64,000 nucleotides of DNA from Ruditapes philippinarum (GCF_026571515.1 NW_026867019.1:124001-188000), one strand, 5' to 3'; counted from the stretch's first letter, positions 38,641 through 51,410 are shown. A program made the numbers and translations. The notes: generated by a model not told the origin, from the sequence alone.

Positions 38641-40324
38641 CATACAACTTCAAAACTTTGATTGTTTCAATGTTATTATTATTTTTCCCGTTCTTTTACA
38701 TTGGATTTTAAGATTATAGTATAAACATATCATCAAATAAAAGGAGTAGTGTAGCATAGCTATTGCAATAAAGTGTTCGCTTTTTTTAAATTTAGATAAA
38801 GGAAAATAGTGTAATGTTCATTGCAAATTGAACCTATATCTAAAGCAAAATATAAATAATTAGCAAATAATATAAATTGCCGAAATAATGTTGTTTTTTA
38901 ATGATTTAATTTTTAATTGTTTTGTTACTTAATCTCAATTTAGGAGTAAAACAATTACATAAATAATCGAAGATTTTCAATTCTCACACATCAAACAAGA
39001 ATACAGTAAAACATTGCTGAATTACAATGTACTTTTACTTATTAAAACGGAATTCACCAAGATATCTATTACATGTATATCTTTTAGTCTGAATGGAATA
39101 CCGTGTACAAAGTGTATTGATATTTTGTAAATGCACATATTTTCAATATTCTTTGCTGATATTTTCTTATGTTCTTTGTAGTATATTCAAAAGCGTGTTG
39201 ACAATGATTGCATATCGGTCGATACAAGTTTTGACTATCTTGTAACTTTGTTGATGTCACCCCTATCGTAGGCAAACAAAAAACAGATAGTAATGGTTAT
39301 AATGAAGGGCTGAACAAATCATAGATATTTTAGAATGGGGCGGACTCTTACAAACAAACAAATGAAGATTGATATAAAGATTCTGATCTCTGAACTTTTG
39401 TTGACATTTCGCACTTGCATTGCTGCATCGCATTATTCTCTGTTATATAGAAAAGAAAAATACTTGCAAAAGTGGAAAGAAGACAAAATATACGCTGAAA
39501 TTAATCTCCAGACTCTATTGATATGAATGTATTAAATAGGTTTAAACAATTATTTCAATGATATAAAACTCGTAATATCAATGTTTTAAACAAACACGTT
39601 TCCGATTGCTAGGTGTCCTACAAAAGGAAGACTGGAAATAAAGCTTTTGACAGATATAAATGATTGTTTTAATGACCGTGCTCCAACATATTTAACATGC
39701 TATTGACTAATACACGAAAAGACATAGCTGATAGCTGCTTATGAGTTAAAATGGTGATTATAAGACCAACAATTTACTTTCGGTACACAGAAAAAGAAAA
39801 AGACCACTTGGTACTTTTAGTCAAAATACAGTTTCTATTGTTGCCACTACATTTATATTTAAACAAATTATATATGTATATAATTATGCGTATGAAACAA
39901 TTTCCAAACATCAAAGAATATGTAAAATATGTAATGCAAATATATGTACATATTATATGTAATCCTTAAAATATATGCATTCATTTCTTATTGAAAAAAT
40001 TGACTTAGACTTTAGAGAAAATAAATTTTTATTACCTCCCTTTATTGACATGAAATGTAAAATTCGGCAACAATTTTTTATAAATAAGGCTTTGTGGAAC
40101 TTATAAAATTGATAAATCTGAAAGATCCTTTAACACAAATTTGTAAGGTTTTATATCATAAATATGATGCTCAAATTAAGATGTATCAATTTTGTAAGTT
40201 CCAAAAAGCATTATTCGTAACGATTTTACCGTATTTAACATTTCATGTAAATAAACGGAGGTTATAATAAATTTAATTTCTAAAAAGTCTCAGTCAAATA
40301 TTTACACAACTTTGACATAAAATA

Positions 40325-40445
40325 AGAGTGAAATAAGAATCCCTAAAGAAATCCCAACGCGACAAAATTGAAAATGTTGCAGGCTCGGTTTGATTGAGCC
40401 TGTTCATGGACGGTACTGTCAAGTGCAAACTACCGTTTGCACTTG
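40325..40445 (+). repeat. Dispersed repeat family X copy
   Basis: aataagaatccctaaagaaa...caggctcggtttgattgagcctgttcatggacggtactgtcaagtgcaaactaccgt. Confidence 0.7.
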
Positions 40446-40581
40446 ACTACTAATTTTACTATCTGACTGCACAACTGTTGAACAATATTTCATAATGTCA
40501 ACATTTCACATTGTTTTTAAAGATGTTCTTTCTAGCTAACCATATTTACAATTGTTTAGTTTGTCTTTTAATTCCTAACAA

Positions 40582-41450
40582 TTTTTATGCCCCAGCCATA
40601 AAATTGCTGAGGCATAAAGTGTTACCCTATTCCGTCCTTCCGTCATTCTGTCATCATCAGTTTCTGTTCATTATCTTAGTAACTGTTGCACACATTCAAC
40701 TTAAATTTGACATAGATATATCATAAGCAAATACAGGTCAAGTTCGAATTTCGTCATGGTCCGAGGATTTTTGACAGAGTTATACCCCAAGGTCAAGGTC
40801 AAATTTAATTATGATTTGATGATTTGTGGCAAAGTTATGCCCCTTTCACTTTGAAAATAATAAGAAATTTTCAGATCACGTTTATTATCTCCCCAACATT
40901 ATAACACATACAACTCAAATTTGACATATGGACATGATGGATATGTCAAAGAAATGTGCAGGTCAAGCTCGAATTTGGTCATAGTTCGATGATAGCTTAC
41001 AGAGTTATTCCTCTTGAACTTGAAAAAATCAGAAATTTTTAGTTTTCGTTCATTATCTCCGCAATGATTGTACACATTCATTTTGAAATAAGCAGTACAG
41101 TTTTGAATTTGGTCATGTTTTAATGATTTTGGACAAAGTTATCTCTCTTTTGATCATTAGAAAAAATGAATTTTCAGTTTCAACACTCATACTTTTTTAG
41201 AAATGTATGTAGTCATTACTTTGGCTACAAATAAGCAATATACAATTTTCTAAAAGGTTAAGACGGTAAAGTTTCAGTGCCTTGAATTTTGTATAAAAAT
41301 GGTTTGTGTTAACATTGAATAGTTTTAAGGGCTTTGAACTTAAAATGAAAAAAAAATAGTTTGTGCAAATGAATTGGAACTAAATATTATAACATCTGAA
41401 ATTTTGGCTGCATGCGGGGTCATCTGTGGCGTGACGATACATTTCTAGTT
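40582..41450 (+). mobile_element. Non-autonomous Helitron/Helentron-associated (HINE-like) element with internal tandem repeats
   Basis: 5' TTTTTATGCCCC, short (CCGT)-type microsatellite, repeated caggtcaagttcgaattt units, 3' GCGGGG...TTCTAGTT end. Confidence 0.7.
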
Positions 41451-41463
41451 TTATAATACTTTT

Positions 41464-41660
41464 TGGACGTAAGGATCGATATTTGTGAGGAATAAATAAT
41501 CAATAATGCATAATTTCTCGATTTTCCTTGTTTATTCTATTTATTAAACCACGTTTTCTCTAAACCGGAAATACATAAAACAGGTCTAACACCACTAAAA
41601 ATATTACTTCTTTCAAAAAAGGCTTATTCGATTAGAAACTATAGTTAACTCTTTTGGACA
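41464..41660 (-). repeat. 3' LTR (197 bp)
   Basis: No difference from 48388-48584 by eye. Confidence 0.95.
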
Positions 41661-43015
41661 TACCCCCACACATTGATCGGTCTTACCGATCAATAACGAT
41701 AATAACTTTAATTTTAACGATCAATTATCATTCTATCTGACAATTATATAATAACGATAAGTACCTAAAAATGTACTCGAATTTTTACGATATTTTTACT
41801 AGACTGATACTTCACAATAAATTGTATTTTTCTCATAATCGAAAAACGCCATGTGAAAACAAACAAAAAATACAAATGTACATGTTGCTATGCCTTTCCT
41901 ATCAAAAATCTAAACAACCTTTTAACTTTAAAAATGTTACCTCATTCAATTTTCATCAATTATTATTATTATTATTATTTTTTTTTTTTCAAATACTTGC
42001 AAATTGTTATTCATTGACAGTAGTAACCATAATTACACAAAATAAAGTAACATTTGACTTTATACCAATACTTAGTAATTCCTAAGTTTTAATTCTCATA
42101 ATATATACATATACCTAAATACACATCATCTTTAGTTTTGCTTCAGTCAGTATATGATAACATTCTCTACACAATTGTCTCTTTAATAATTATACTTTTT
42201 TAAGGGGAGACAATCCAATTTACTTTAACTAACATTCTAATGCAGTGATTACTTCCCTTATCACATTTGAAATTGTAACACACAAAAAATAAACATGAAT
42301 TGCTGATTAAACAGAAAACTACCCATCACTCTTCAAACCAAAAATATGTCAGACCGAACTTAATATTTAATGTTTAACTAACATTTTAACAAAAAAAAAA
42401 CAGTGAAACAACATTATTTTAGTATGAAGAATGACAGTGTATAAAAATGTACATACATGTAAATTATAACTATTTTTAACCCACTATTTAAAAAATGTCT
42501 TCATCATTTTATCTACACATGATAAATTCAACCCTTTGTACAGTAAACAGCAGTAAAAGTCTGTTCTTAAAAAACTAAATGTCAAACATTTTTGATAATT
42601 GATTATATTTAAACAGCAACTATTTTCACAAGTTCAATTTAACTTTGCTGCAGTTTAAAGAAATACAACACACATATAGTCAACAAAAAAACAAACATCA
42701 TTTAACTGAAATGTTAAAGTCTTGCTAAATTTTTCTTTAATTAACATATCAATGTATTTTAGAGTCTTTGAAAATCTGCGATATCTTTCGAGTTCTTTCA
42801 TTCTTCCAATTCTATGTACCATTTATGAAAAACTAGATTTTATCATGAGTGGGCTCTGGGGATTATTATGCCCCTTAACACTATGCCTCTCATCAAATTA
42901 ATCTTAAAAGAAGACACTGGGGATTATTATGCCCCTTAAACACTATGCCTTCATTTTTTAATACATTTAATGTTAATTTTAACAACTTTTCTGTTTACTT
43001 TTTTTCTTTGAGTCA

Positions 43016-46000
43016 CTAACAACTTTTGCTTGATTCTGCAACAAGACTTAAACGCGAAATTGGTCGTCTAAATACATTCCTCCCAACTTGAACATCTACA
43101 ACACGAACATGTCCATCTGGACCGTGGAACACTTTTGTCACTCGGCCTAGAGGCCAATGCCCCCGGGGTGTGTTTGGATCAACTATTAACACAATATCGT
43201 CTGCTTTGAAGTCACGTGAAGTTTGAAACCACTTAGATCGAGATCCCAGAGTTGGCAAGTATTCTCTAAGCCAACGCTTCCAGAAATGGCGTAGGAGTTC
43301 CTGGACATACCGCCATCGTTTTTTAACATCATAACGATCATTGTCAATAATATCTGGAGCGAATTGTCCACCAAGCTGGCCAGTCAAAAAATGATTGGGC
43401 GTTAACGCAGTATCATCATTTGGGTTTGATGTCTGATACGTTAAAGGTCTGCTGTTTATCAAGTTTTCAGCTCCAACGACTGCTGTTACTAATTCCTCAT
43501 CTGTGATATCCGCGTTCCCCAAAATTGCATATACCGCTTTCTTTGCCGATTTTACCATAGCTTCATGACATCCGCCAAAATGTGGTGCATTTGGTGGAAT
43601 GAATTTCCACTCAATTTTTCTATTTACAGCACTTTTCATGATAGCACTTTGATCAAGTTTCTTGTATAGATCTTTGAGTTCGTTAACACAACCGACAAAA
43701 TTTGTCCCATTATCAGATATAATAACACTTGGAACACCTCTACGACTGATAAATCTATTTAAAGCGTTGAGAAAAGAGTTTGTGTCCAAGCTGTAAGCTA
43801 TTTCAAGATGTACAGCTCTTACTGTTAAACATGTAAATACACAAAGGTAACGCTTAAGTCTCGTTTTCCCACGGCCTTGTTTTGTAATGAATGGACCGGC
43901 ATAGTCCACAGCAGTATTGGTAAATGCTCGCATCGATTGTCCAAAGCGTTCAACTGGCAATGCGCCCATAATCTGATTTGAACCCTGCGCCTTGCTTCGT
44001 TTACATTTAGCACATTGATTTTCCCAATTTCTTATTTCTTCACGGGCTGATATGACCCAATATCTACCAGACAATTTGGCTAATGTCAAATTCGTGCCGC
44101 CATGGCATGTTTTTTCATGACAATTCTTAACTATCAATTTTGTCACCCAATGCTTCCGCGGAAGAATGATGGGAAATCTAGCATCATAGGAGATGAAGTC
44201 TACAAACTTTAATCTAGTGTCACTTCTCATTACACCTTCAGAGTCCAGTTTCGGATTTAACGGTGCAAGTTTACTACTTGAAGATACATTTTTTCCTTTT
44301 TTAAGGCACTGATATTCAACACTGAAACATTCTGCTTGTGCAGTTTGAATAATCTTATATTCTGCTTGTTCTATTTCTTGAACACTCAATTCTAATGATA
44401 ATCTACGTTCCTTTTTTGCAACTTGACAATTATCGATGAATCGATGAGCCCAAGCCGATATTCGTACTAAACGATTCCAATCAGAGTACCTTGTTGGTTC
44501 AAGTCTAAAGTCATTATTCTCACTTAATGTCACATAGCTGTTATAAGCCGACTTGCGTTTTATTTCTACTTTAGCCACATCATGTATTTCCATTTTGTTT
44601 TCTGGCCATAATTCCGGAGTATTTTCAAGAAAGTCTGGGCCATGCCACCACTGAGGGTTTCCAGCCAGTTCTGTTATCGACGTTCCACGTGATGCCAGAT
44701 CTGCAGGATTCTCTTTTGTGGGTACGTATCTCCATTGACTAGGTGAAGTATGTGAATGAATGAACCCTACACGATTCGCAACAAATGTCTTATACTTCCT
44801 GCTTTGACTATGAATCCAATACAGAACATTCATGCTATCGGACCAGAATGTACACTGGTGAATGTTCATTTTCAATGATGAACAGATTGCTAATGTCAAT
44901 GTTAATCCAAGTACTGCAGCTAGAAGTTCCATTCTCGGAATACTTAATGATTTTAATGGAGCGACTCTTCCTTTTGCAGCAACAATTTTAGGCTTCTGTA
45001 AAGCTGAATTTTTGTTGTACACTACCGATCCATACGCTTCACTTGATGCGTCAACAAATATATGAAGTTCAGTGTCTTCTGATGCATGGATACACCTTTC
45101 AACCTTAATATTTGACAAGTCTTTAAGTTCACTGTACCACTGCTTTATGTCACAAGCTAACATTTCAGGCAATTCAATGTCCCAATCTAATCCTGTCAGC
45201 CAAATTTTCTGCATAATCATCTTTGCCCTCACTGTGAATGGAACTAAAAAACCTAAAGGGTCATAAAGAGCAGCAATTCTTCTTAATACACTTCTTTTAG
45301 TTATTTTCATGTCTGATCTAGACTCTGTATAGCTGTATGTGAATTCATCCGAATCTGACTTCCAAATTAAGCCTAATGTTTTAACTGTTGGCAATTCACT
45401 TTCTGACAAATTAACCTGGGAAGCTCTCAATTCTACAGGAATTTTATTTAATACTTCTGTGGAATTTGACAGCCATTTTCTTGCGCACATACCTGCTTTT
45501 CCCCAAAGTTCAGTCAATTCATTGTACAAATCAATTCCTTTTACTTCATTTTCCACGGAATTCATACTATCATCCATATATGTGCAATTTATGACTGTTT
45601 CTGCTGCAAGAGGATATTTCTCTTCAAATTTGTTGGCATTAAGCTGGGTGACGTACTGTGCTAAAAATGGCGATGCATTAACACCGAAAACAAGTCTATT
45701 AAATTCATATGTCTCTACTGGATGTTTTGGTGATTCTCTCCAAAGAAATCTATGATAAAGTCTGTCTGGAGGTGATAATTCTACTTGCAAGTACATTTCC
45801 TGAATGTCACAAATTATGGCAATAGCATTTCTTCGAAATCTGAGCAATACTTCAAATAGATCGTTTTGCAATTTCGGTCCCTGATGAATCACGTCATTCA
45901 ATGACAGCGAGTTATGCTTGGCTGAGGCATCAAAAACAATCCGGACTTTTGTAGTTTCCTTATCAAGACGTATAACCGGAAAATGTGGCAATGTCCATAG

Positions 46001-48259
46001 CGTATTTTTTAAATCACTTTCAGTCAGTTTAGAAATATAACCTTTCTTTTCATAATTGTTAATAATATCACCATAGCAAGCTTTTAGATCAGCATTTGCA
46101 TTCAGTTTTCTTTCTGTGCTTTTTAATCTTTCAAATGCCATTTCATAGTTATTTTTCAATTCACTTTGGTTTTCTTTCCAAGGCACCGGAACCTGGTACC
46201 TATTGCTTTCTTCATCATATACGATTTCACTTTTCATCAAATTTATTATTTTCTCATCAGAAACACTCAAGCTAGTTCCCTGCTTACCCTCAATTTCTTC
46301 CAATTCCCAAAACCTTTTAAGAATCTCATTTATCTCACCATCTTTCTTCACAGTGTCCATCATATGAAATGTAAATAAATTGATTTCCTCATCTTTCATT
46401 GGTACTGGGCCGACACATGTCCAACCTAAAGGAGTCAATCTGGCTGAAGGTGAACCTTCCGGTCCACTAATTTCTTGCAACGACCTGTGTAGCTCTAAAT
46501 AATCTATCCCAATTAAAAGATCAACTTTTTGGCGATGTCCTATTGATGGAAATTGAATTCCTTTTAAGTGCGGCCACTGATCGCAATACTTTGTCCAGTC
46601 TACTGGTCTCAAGTTCCCTGTTACTTTTTGTGTTGTATGGGCTTCCATGTTAATTTTAATGTCTCTATTTAAACTGCTTAGCTGAAAGTTCACACACATT
46701 GTATCAAGATTTACAGATTTTCCATTCAAAGTGTTCACTTTAACAGTCTCGTACTCTGAACTTACTCCTAATTCTTTCGCAACATCTTCATTTAAATATG
46801 ACCTAGTACTCCCATCGTCCAATAATGCATAAATTGGAATTTCTCGACCATTGGCATACAACAGAACTGGAACTGTACGAAGTGCTACATAAACATTTTG
46901 TGTACATGTACTTGTATATGCCTGACTTGTAAATGTCTGACCGTTTGTATTATGTTGGCTTTGCAAAGTGTTCTGTTTATTTTCACCAGGGCTAAACACT
47001 ACAGCTTCAGGATTTAAATCTGGCTGGTGCAACAGTCTGTGATGAATTTTCAAGCAACCATTTATTCCGCACTTTTTTACTCTTTTGCATGTTCTACCAG
47101 AATGATTGTCCCCTAGACAACGAAAACATAACTTTAAAGATTTTGCTTTCTCCCATCTATCTTTCACTGAAAGTTCCTTCATTGCTTTACAATCCCATAT
47201 TCCATGTGACATGTGACACAGCTTACACTCCCTCTGTGACTGTCTCATGTTACCGAAGAACGACCGTTGATCCTTAGGTTTCTCGAACTTCCCATCAAGA
47301 CCAAATTTTGTTTCCATAGCTATTGTTCGGAATTCTGCTTCCTTCAGTATCCATTCATTTAATATCTCTACTGATTCTGTCTCTTCTTTTTCATATATCC
47401 ATCTTTGATATCTCGCAATCATTGATTCAGGGAGCTTTTTTAACAACTGTGAATACATGAACCCACTTTGTAAATCTTCAGCATTTGTTTCTTTAATGTT
47501 GACAATGGCTACATCCAGTAAATCTGCAAATTGTTCTATATTCTTAGCGTTTTCATATCTTATGGGTGGAAATTGTTCTATCTCGTCTAAGAATTTATTC
47601 ACAATTCTTCGTTTTCCTCCAAATTTCCTTTCAAGTCTCTCTTTTGCTTTTTCATAAGCAATTTCACTATGACCAAGTCCTTCTATAGACTTCAAAGCTT
47701 CCCCTCTTAGATATTGCCGCATTTGTAAAAATTTATATTCAGCACTTGCCTCGGTTTTATCTATACAAGCTGTAAATGCAGCTTTCCAAAATTCATACTC
47801 TTTCTTAGAACCCGTGAATATTGGTATTGATACTCGTTTCATTTGCTTTGATAAATCAATGTCAATTTGCTTTTTACTAACATCTACAGGATCACTTTCA
47901 CTTTTAATTTCTTCTTGTAACTTATGATAGTCCTGTATCACTTTCTCATATTCCTTATCTATAAGTTCAATCTCTGACATAGTGACTAACATTTCTTTTG
48001 TTCTACCCTGAATTGTATATTCATTCACTAGTTCTTTTAAAACTTGATGTACATTATCCATAGCTTCTTCTAGTCTGTCAATAAAGCCTTGCAACAAAGA
48101 CTTGTTCTCATTTCTATCATCTATCTCATATTTTAACCTATTCTTCATTCGTGTAAACTTTGCCTTCAATGTCGATTTTCTTAACCGCATATCAACGATA
48201 TTTGATTCCTCCGTGTGTAATTCGGTACTAGAAGTACCCTTTTCCCCTTTCTCACTCAT
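43016..48259 (-). CDS. BEL/Pao Gag-Pol polyprotein (1747 aa)
   Basis: Gag with three Cys/His knuckles, protease ALLDDGS, RT YMDD, RNase H (IFVDAS, IPRMEL, WSDS, NPADLASRG), integrase (HHCC, DYAGP, SDNGTNF), in PR-RT-RH-IN order. Confidence 0.97.
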   Translation of the reverse strand: MSEKGEKGTSSTELHTEESNIVDMRLRKSTLKAKFTRMKNRLKYEIDDRNENKSLLQGFIDRLEEAMDNVHQVLKELVNEYTIQGRTKEMLVTMSEIELIDKEYEKVIQDYHKLQEEIKSESDPVDVSKKQIDIDLSKQMKRVSIPIFTGSKKEYEFWKAAFTACIDKTEASAEYKFLQMRQYLRGEALKSIEGLGHSEIAYEKAKERLERKFGGKRRIVNKFLDEIEQFPPIRYENAKNIEQFADLLDVAIVNIKETNAEDLQSGFMYSQLLKKLPESMIARYQRWIYEKEETESVEILNEWILKEAEFRTIAMETKFGLDGKFEKPKDQRSFFGNMRQSQRECKLCHMSHGIWDCKAMKELSVKDRWEKAKSLKLCFRCLGDNHSGRTCKRVKKCGINGCLKIHHRLLHQPDLNPEAVVFSPGENKQNTLQSQHNTNGQTFTSQAYTSTCTQNVYVALRTVPVLLYANGREIPIYALLDDGSTRSYLNEDVAKELGVSSEYETVKVNTLNGKSVNLDTMCVNFQLSSLNRDIKINMEAHTTQKVTGNLRPVDWTKYCDQWPHLKGIQFPSIGHRQKVDLLIGIDYLELHRSLQEISGPEGSPSARLTPLGWTCVGPVPMKDEEINLFTFHMMDTVKKDGEINEILKRFWELEEIEGKQGTSLSVSDEKIINLMKSEIVYDEESNRYQVPVPWKENQSELKNNYEMAFERLKSTERKLNANADLKACYGDIINNYEKKGYISKLTESDLKNTLWTLPHFPVIRLDKETTKVRIVFDASAKHNSLSLNDVIHQGPKLQNDLFEVLLRFRRNAIAIICDIQEMYLQVELSPPDRLYHRFLWRESPKHPVETYEFNRLVFGVNASPFLAQYVTQLNANKFEEKYPLAAETVINCTYMDDSMNSVENEVKGIDLYNELTELWGKAGMCARKWLSNSTEVLNKIPVELRASQVNLSESELPTVKTLGLIWKSDSDEFTYSYTESRSDMKITKRSVLRRIAALYDPLGFLVPFTVRAKMIMQKIWLTGLDWDIELPEMLACDIKQWYSELKDLSNIKVERCIHASEDTELHIFVDASSEAYGSVVYNKNSALQKPKIVAAKGRVAPLKSLSIPRMELLAAVLGLTLTLAICSSLKMNIHQCTFWSDSMNVLYWIHSQSRKYKTFVANRVGFIHSHTSPSQWRYVPTKENPADLASRGTSITELAGNPQWWHGPDFLENTPELWPENKMEIHDVAKVEIKRKSAYNSYVTLSENNDFRLEPTRYSDWNRLVRISAWAHRFIDNCQVAKKERRLSLELSVQEIEQAEYKIIQTAQAECFSVEYQCLKKGKNVSSSSKLAPLNPKLDSEGVMRSDTRLKFVDFISYDARFPIILPRKHWVTKLIVKNCHEKTCHGGTNLTLAKLSGRYWVISAREEIRNWENQCAKCKRSKAQGSNQIMGALPVERFGQSMRAFTNTAVDYAGPFITKQGRGKTRLKRYLCVFTCLTVRAVHLEIAYSLDTNSFLNALNRFISRRGVPSVIISDNGTNFVGCVNELKDLYKKLDQSAIMKSAVNRKIEWKFIPPNAPHFGGCHEAMVKSAKKAVYAILGNADITDEELVTAVVGAENLINSRPLTYQTSNPNDDTALTPNHFLTGQLGGQFAPDIIDNDRYDVKKRWRYVQELLRHFWKRWLREYLPTLGSRSKWFQTSRDFKADDIVLIVDPNTPRGHWPLGRVTKVFHGPDGHVRVVDVQVGRNVFRRPISRLSLVAESSKSC

Positions 48260-48364
48260 AATGTTAAAACCGACTGTCCGACCTTACTGTCCGACTACTA
48301 TTACACTGACGCTTCTTAATGTCCTAATTCGATAATACAGTCTTGCCGATGAAAACCCAAAGAA

Positions 48365-48382
48365 AACCTCGCTCTGCTACCA
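48365..48382 (-). promoter_or_regulatory. Primer binding site complementary to the initiator tRNA-Met 3' end
   Basis: TGGTAGCAGAGCGAGGTT, 5 nt inside the 5' LTR; matches the CTCTGCTACCA end of eukaryotic tRNA-iMet. Confidence 0.85.
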
Positions 48383-48387
48383 ATTTA

Positions 48388-48584
48388 TGGACGTAAGGAT
48401 CGATATTTGTGAGGAATAAATAATCAATAATGCATAATTTCTCGATTTTCCTTGTTTATTCTATTTATTAAACCACGTTTTCTCTAAACCGGAAATACAT
48501 AAAACAGGTCTAACACCACTAAAAATATTACTTCTTTCAAAAAAGGCTTATTCGATTAGAAACTATAGTTAACTCTTTTGGACA
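48388..48584 (-). repeat. 5' LTR (197 bp)
   Basis: Direct repeat of 41464-41660. Confidence 0.95.
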
Positions 48585-50280
48585 CTTTTAATGTATATTT
48601 TTATACCTGACTATCAAGTTATCTCCAGACTTGTCAATCATTTCTAAGAAGATAAGTTTATCAAACAGATTCAATGTTTGTTAACCGACATGCGAGAGGT
48701 TTCACGCACGAGTAAAATGGCTGGGAAAGCTGCGGACTGCTACCTTGTGAAAAGTCGGATAAATGCTAACATTGCGTATGTCTGATAAGTTGCCTGCGCT
48801 GTTGTGAAAAATAAAAGTAAAGGAGAAGCCTTACAACTACATCTACTCTAGCACATATTTCATACTGTGACAGGACGGGTATGCTTAAATCAATGCCAAA
48901 GGTAAAGCTAATCCATAATTGTGTCATGAATCAAACACCATGTGTCTTATTTTATATAAAGACAGTGCTGATATGCTCGTTTTGTAGTTGACAAGACATT
49001 ACAGCCATAATAACAGTTACCAGAGTTTAAAAAAGAAGTACGCGTGTGTCTCGATATACTATATGAAAGGAGAAGAAAATGTGAATGAAAAATGTTTTGC
49101 AACAATGCAAGAAATTTCAAATGGGTCCTGAGTGTTCTTTGGACTTGTTTGTTAGGATCAGACGATTTTCGGTCTAGATTTGAGACACGTTTGCACATTG
49201 AGTTCAGTTTATGTGACTGGGCGGGTATTTGTGCTTCAATTGAATCAGGTTTTGTAAACCTATGACTCATGGCTGTCAAACTTACCCATATCAGTTTGCT
49301 ACATGAAGATAACTGTTGTATGCATTGGGATTGATAATTATTTTACAAAGGAGGTATGGGGAAATAATTTTGAGGCGGAATTCAATTCAATTTAAATAGT
49401 TTATTTTCGTCTAATCACATGTACATCAAATAGTCACAATCAAAATGAATGAATCGTAAAAATATGAATTCAATAAAATTTTATTTTAGGGTTTTGAGGG
49501 GGTTCATTTTACTCAAAAATTAAAATTTCAAAAATTTTCAAAAAAAATGACTGCATTTTTGTTAAAAAATTTTCCGAAAAAGATAGGTACCTCATTTTTA
49601 TTTATGTTTTAAAATTTTGCCAAAATTATCATGGTTGTTTAGAGCAAAGCAACGATTAAATTGATAATTCTAACACTATCGGCAATTCTAATAATATAAA
49701 TTAAGAAGGCCCGAAGCGTGTATTATTCTACAACAATGCACTCGCCGTTCTTATTATCTACCTGTGTATTTTTACATCGAGGGCGCCATTTTGTTTGAAA
49801 ATACAAAACAATTGTTGTCGAATTTTGTTGTGAAAACCTTCTAGAATAAAAGAAAATGGTCTAACTACGAAATGAATCCGAACACCAATATCTTCATTCA
49901 GTCGTTGACGCTGTACATACATTTATAGTGTTGCTTACGTGACGTCACAATGTAGTCCCAAACAGCACGTGCAAAATAATCAAATCAAGTCGCAAACGAG
50001 TTAAGTTTAACATTTATTTCACTTTTAATAATTTGTATTTCGCTTGAAAAAGTATAGAGTGAAATAAAATAAACAAACAAAGTTTTATCAACGTTTTCAA
50101 AATTCGTTATTCACAAAATGTTTCTACACACGGTAGATTTAACGACAATTTTTTCAACCCACTGGAACAGCCTTTAAAGAACGTTTCTATTGGAAACTTT
50201 GAGGAGAAAACAAATTTAACCACCGTTCATAAAGTCCAAATTTAAAATAATAATTATATTTTTCTTGACGTGTTAGAATG

Positions 50281-50450
50281 GAAATAGATATTAATCCTTC
50301 GTGCATTATTGTATAATAATGCACGTTTTTCGTTCAAATGCTTTGTAATTAATCACCAGGCCTATCGGCCTTCGTGATTATATAACTTCGCATTTGAACA
50401 CAAACCGTGCATTATTCTACACTAATGCACTCAGAATTTATATCTATTTC
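50281..50450. repeat. Imperfect 170-bp palindrome (probable non-autonomous element)
   Basis: gaaatagatat...atatctatttc arms around an aggcctatcggcct centre. Confidence 0.7.
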
Positions 50451-50988
50451 CTAAACAAATTAAATCTAAATCGTTATCAAAAAGATTAAACTTACTTCAA
50501 TTCATTCAAGTAACCCGTAACCAAATTCGTCTCTACGTTTTGATTTAATTCACAACAGTCTTTTAATTACTCTTACTTTATCATTCAAAACTGCTTTTGA
50601 TGACATTTGGGCATATTTAAGTATTCTACGAGCAATAAATGTAAAAATATATAAAAGCAATCACAGTCATCTACCCGAAGGCAGCCTTTCAAAATAGACT
50701 AATAATAAATTATATCCTTCCGCTTTATAGTGTATATAACAGAATTAAGTTCGGCCTGGTGTTTTTCTTATGTTTTTGAATGATTGAAACAAGCGATAAT
50801 TCATATTTTTTGTTTAAAGTTATAGCTTATATCATCGCCATTTTGCGTTGATTTTCGAAATTTTATTTTAGCTCAATGCTTCTTTTATCTCATTCATCTG
50901 AAATGGAGGCTACCAGTGGGGAAAACAGATTTTAATATTAACGTTAATATTAAGAAAATTTCATTCAAACTTGTTTAAAGCATAAGAT

Positions 50989-51159
50989 AAATAGAAAATG
51001 TGTTTGTTTGTTGTGTAAGGTGAAATCTTATTTCATCTCGTGATCTTCAAAAACAGTATTCTTACTCGTGGTTAAGCTACTCGTGAGAATAATGTCTTTT
51101 AAGTTCACTCGATGAAATACATTTCATCTTACACACAAATAAACAAATATGCTCTATTT
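50989..51159. repeat. Imperfect 170-bp palindrome (probable non-autonomous element)
   Basis: tgtgtaaggtgaaat...atttcatcttacaca arms with paired CTCG mismatches. Confidence 0.75.
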
Positions 51160-51410
51160 CTTGCATATCAGACTGGCGTTTCCGTTAGTTTTACCCATGC
51201 CGGAAATTTCATCTGGCATGGGGGGTTCCAGATGAGTCGCGTGCTGTACAATGGCACGATAAAGATGACGTCATTTTACCGTTATGAATGATTTTGTAAT
51301 TCATACGCTGTTGAATGAAAGTAGTTACGGTTGTAATGATATAAATTTTCATTGAAAATAAAGATAAATAATTTAAAATATAATGGAATATGGTAGAATA
51401 TGCAAGAAAA

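Larger units (their letters stand above)
11557..39868. repeat. Tandem segmental triplication of an A-B-C gene unit (units start ~11557, ~23117, ~31107)
   Basis: The same anchor (cacatatttaact...gttaagctctca) starts each unit; introns and kilobases of intergenic DNA align by eye; homology ends near 39868. Confidence 0.9.
41464..48584 (-). mobile_element. Full-length BEL/Pao LTR retrotransposon
   Basis: TG...CA LTRs at both ends, CTTTT TSD (41459-41463, 48585-48589), PBS, PPT-like TGTGGGGGTA at 41670-41661, single gag-pol ORF. Confidence 0.97.
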
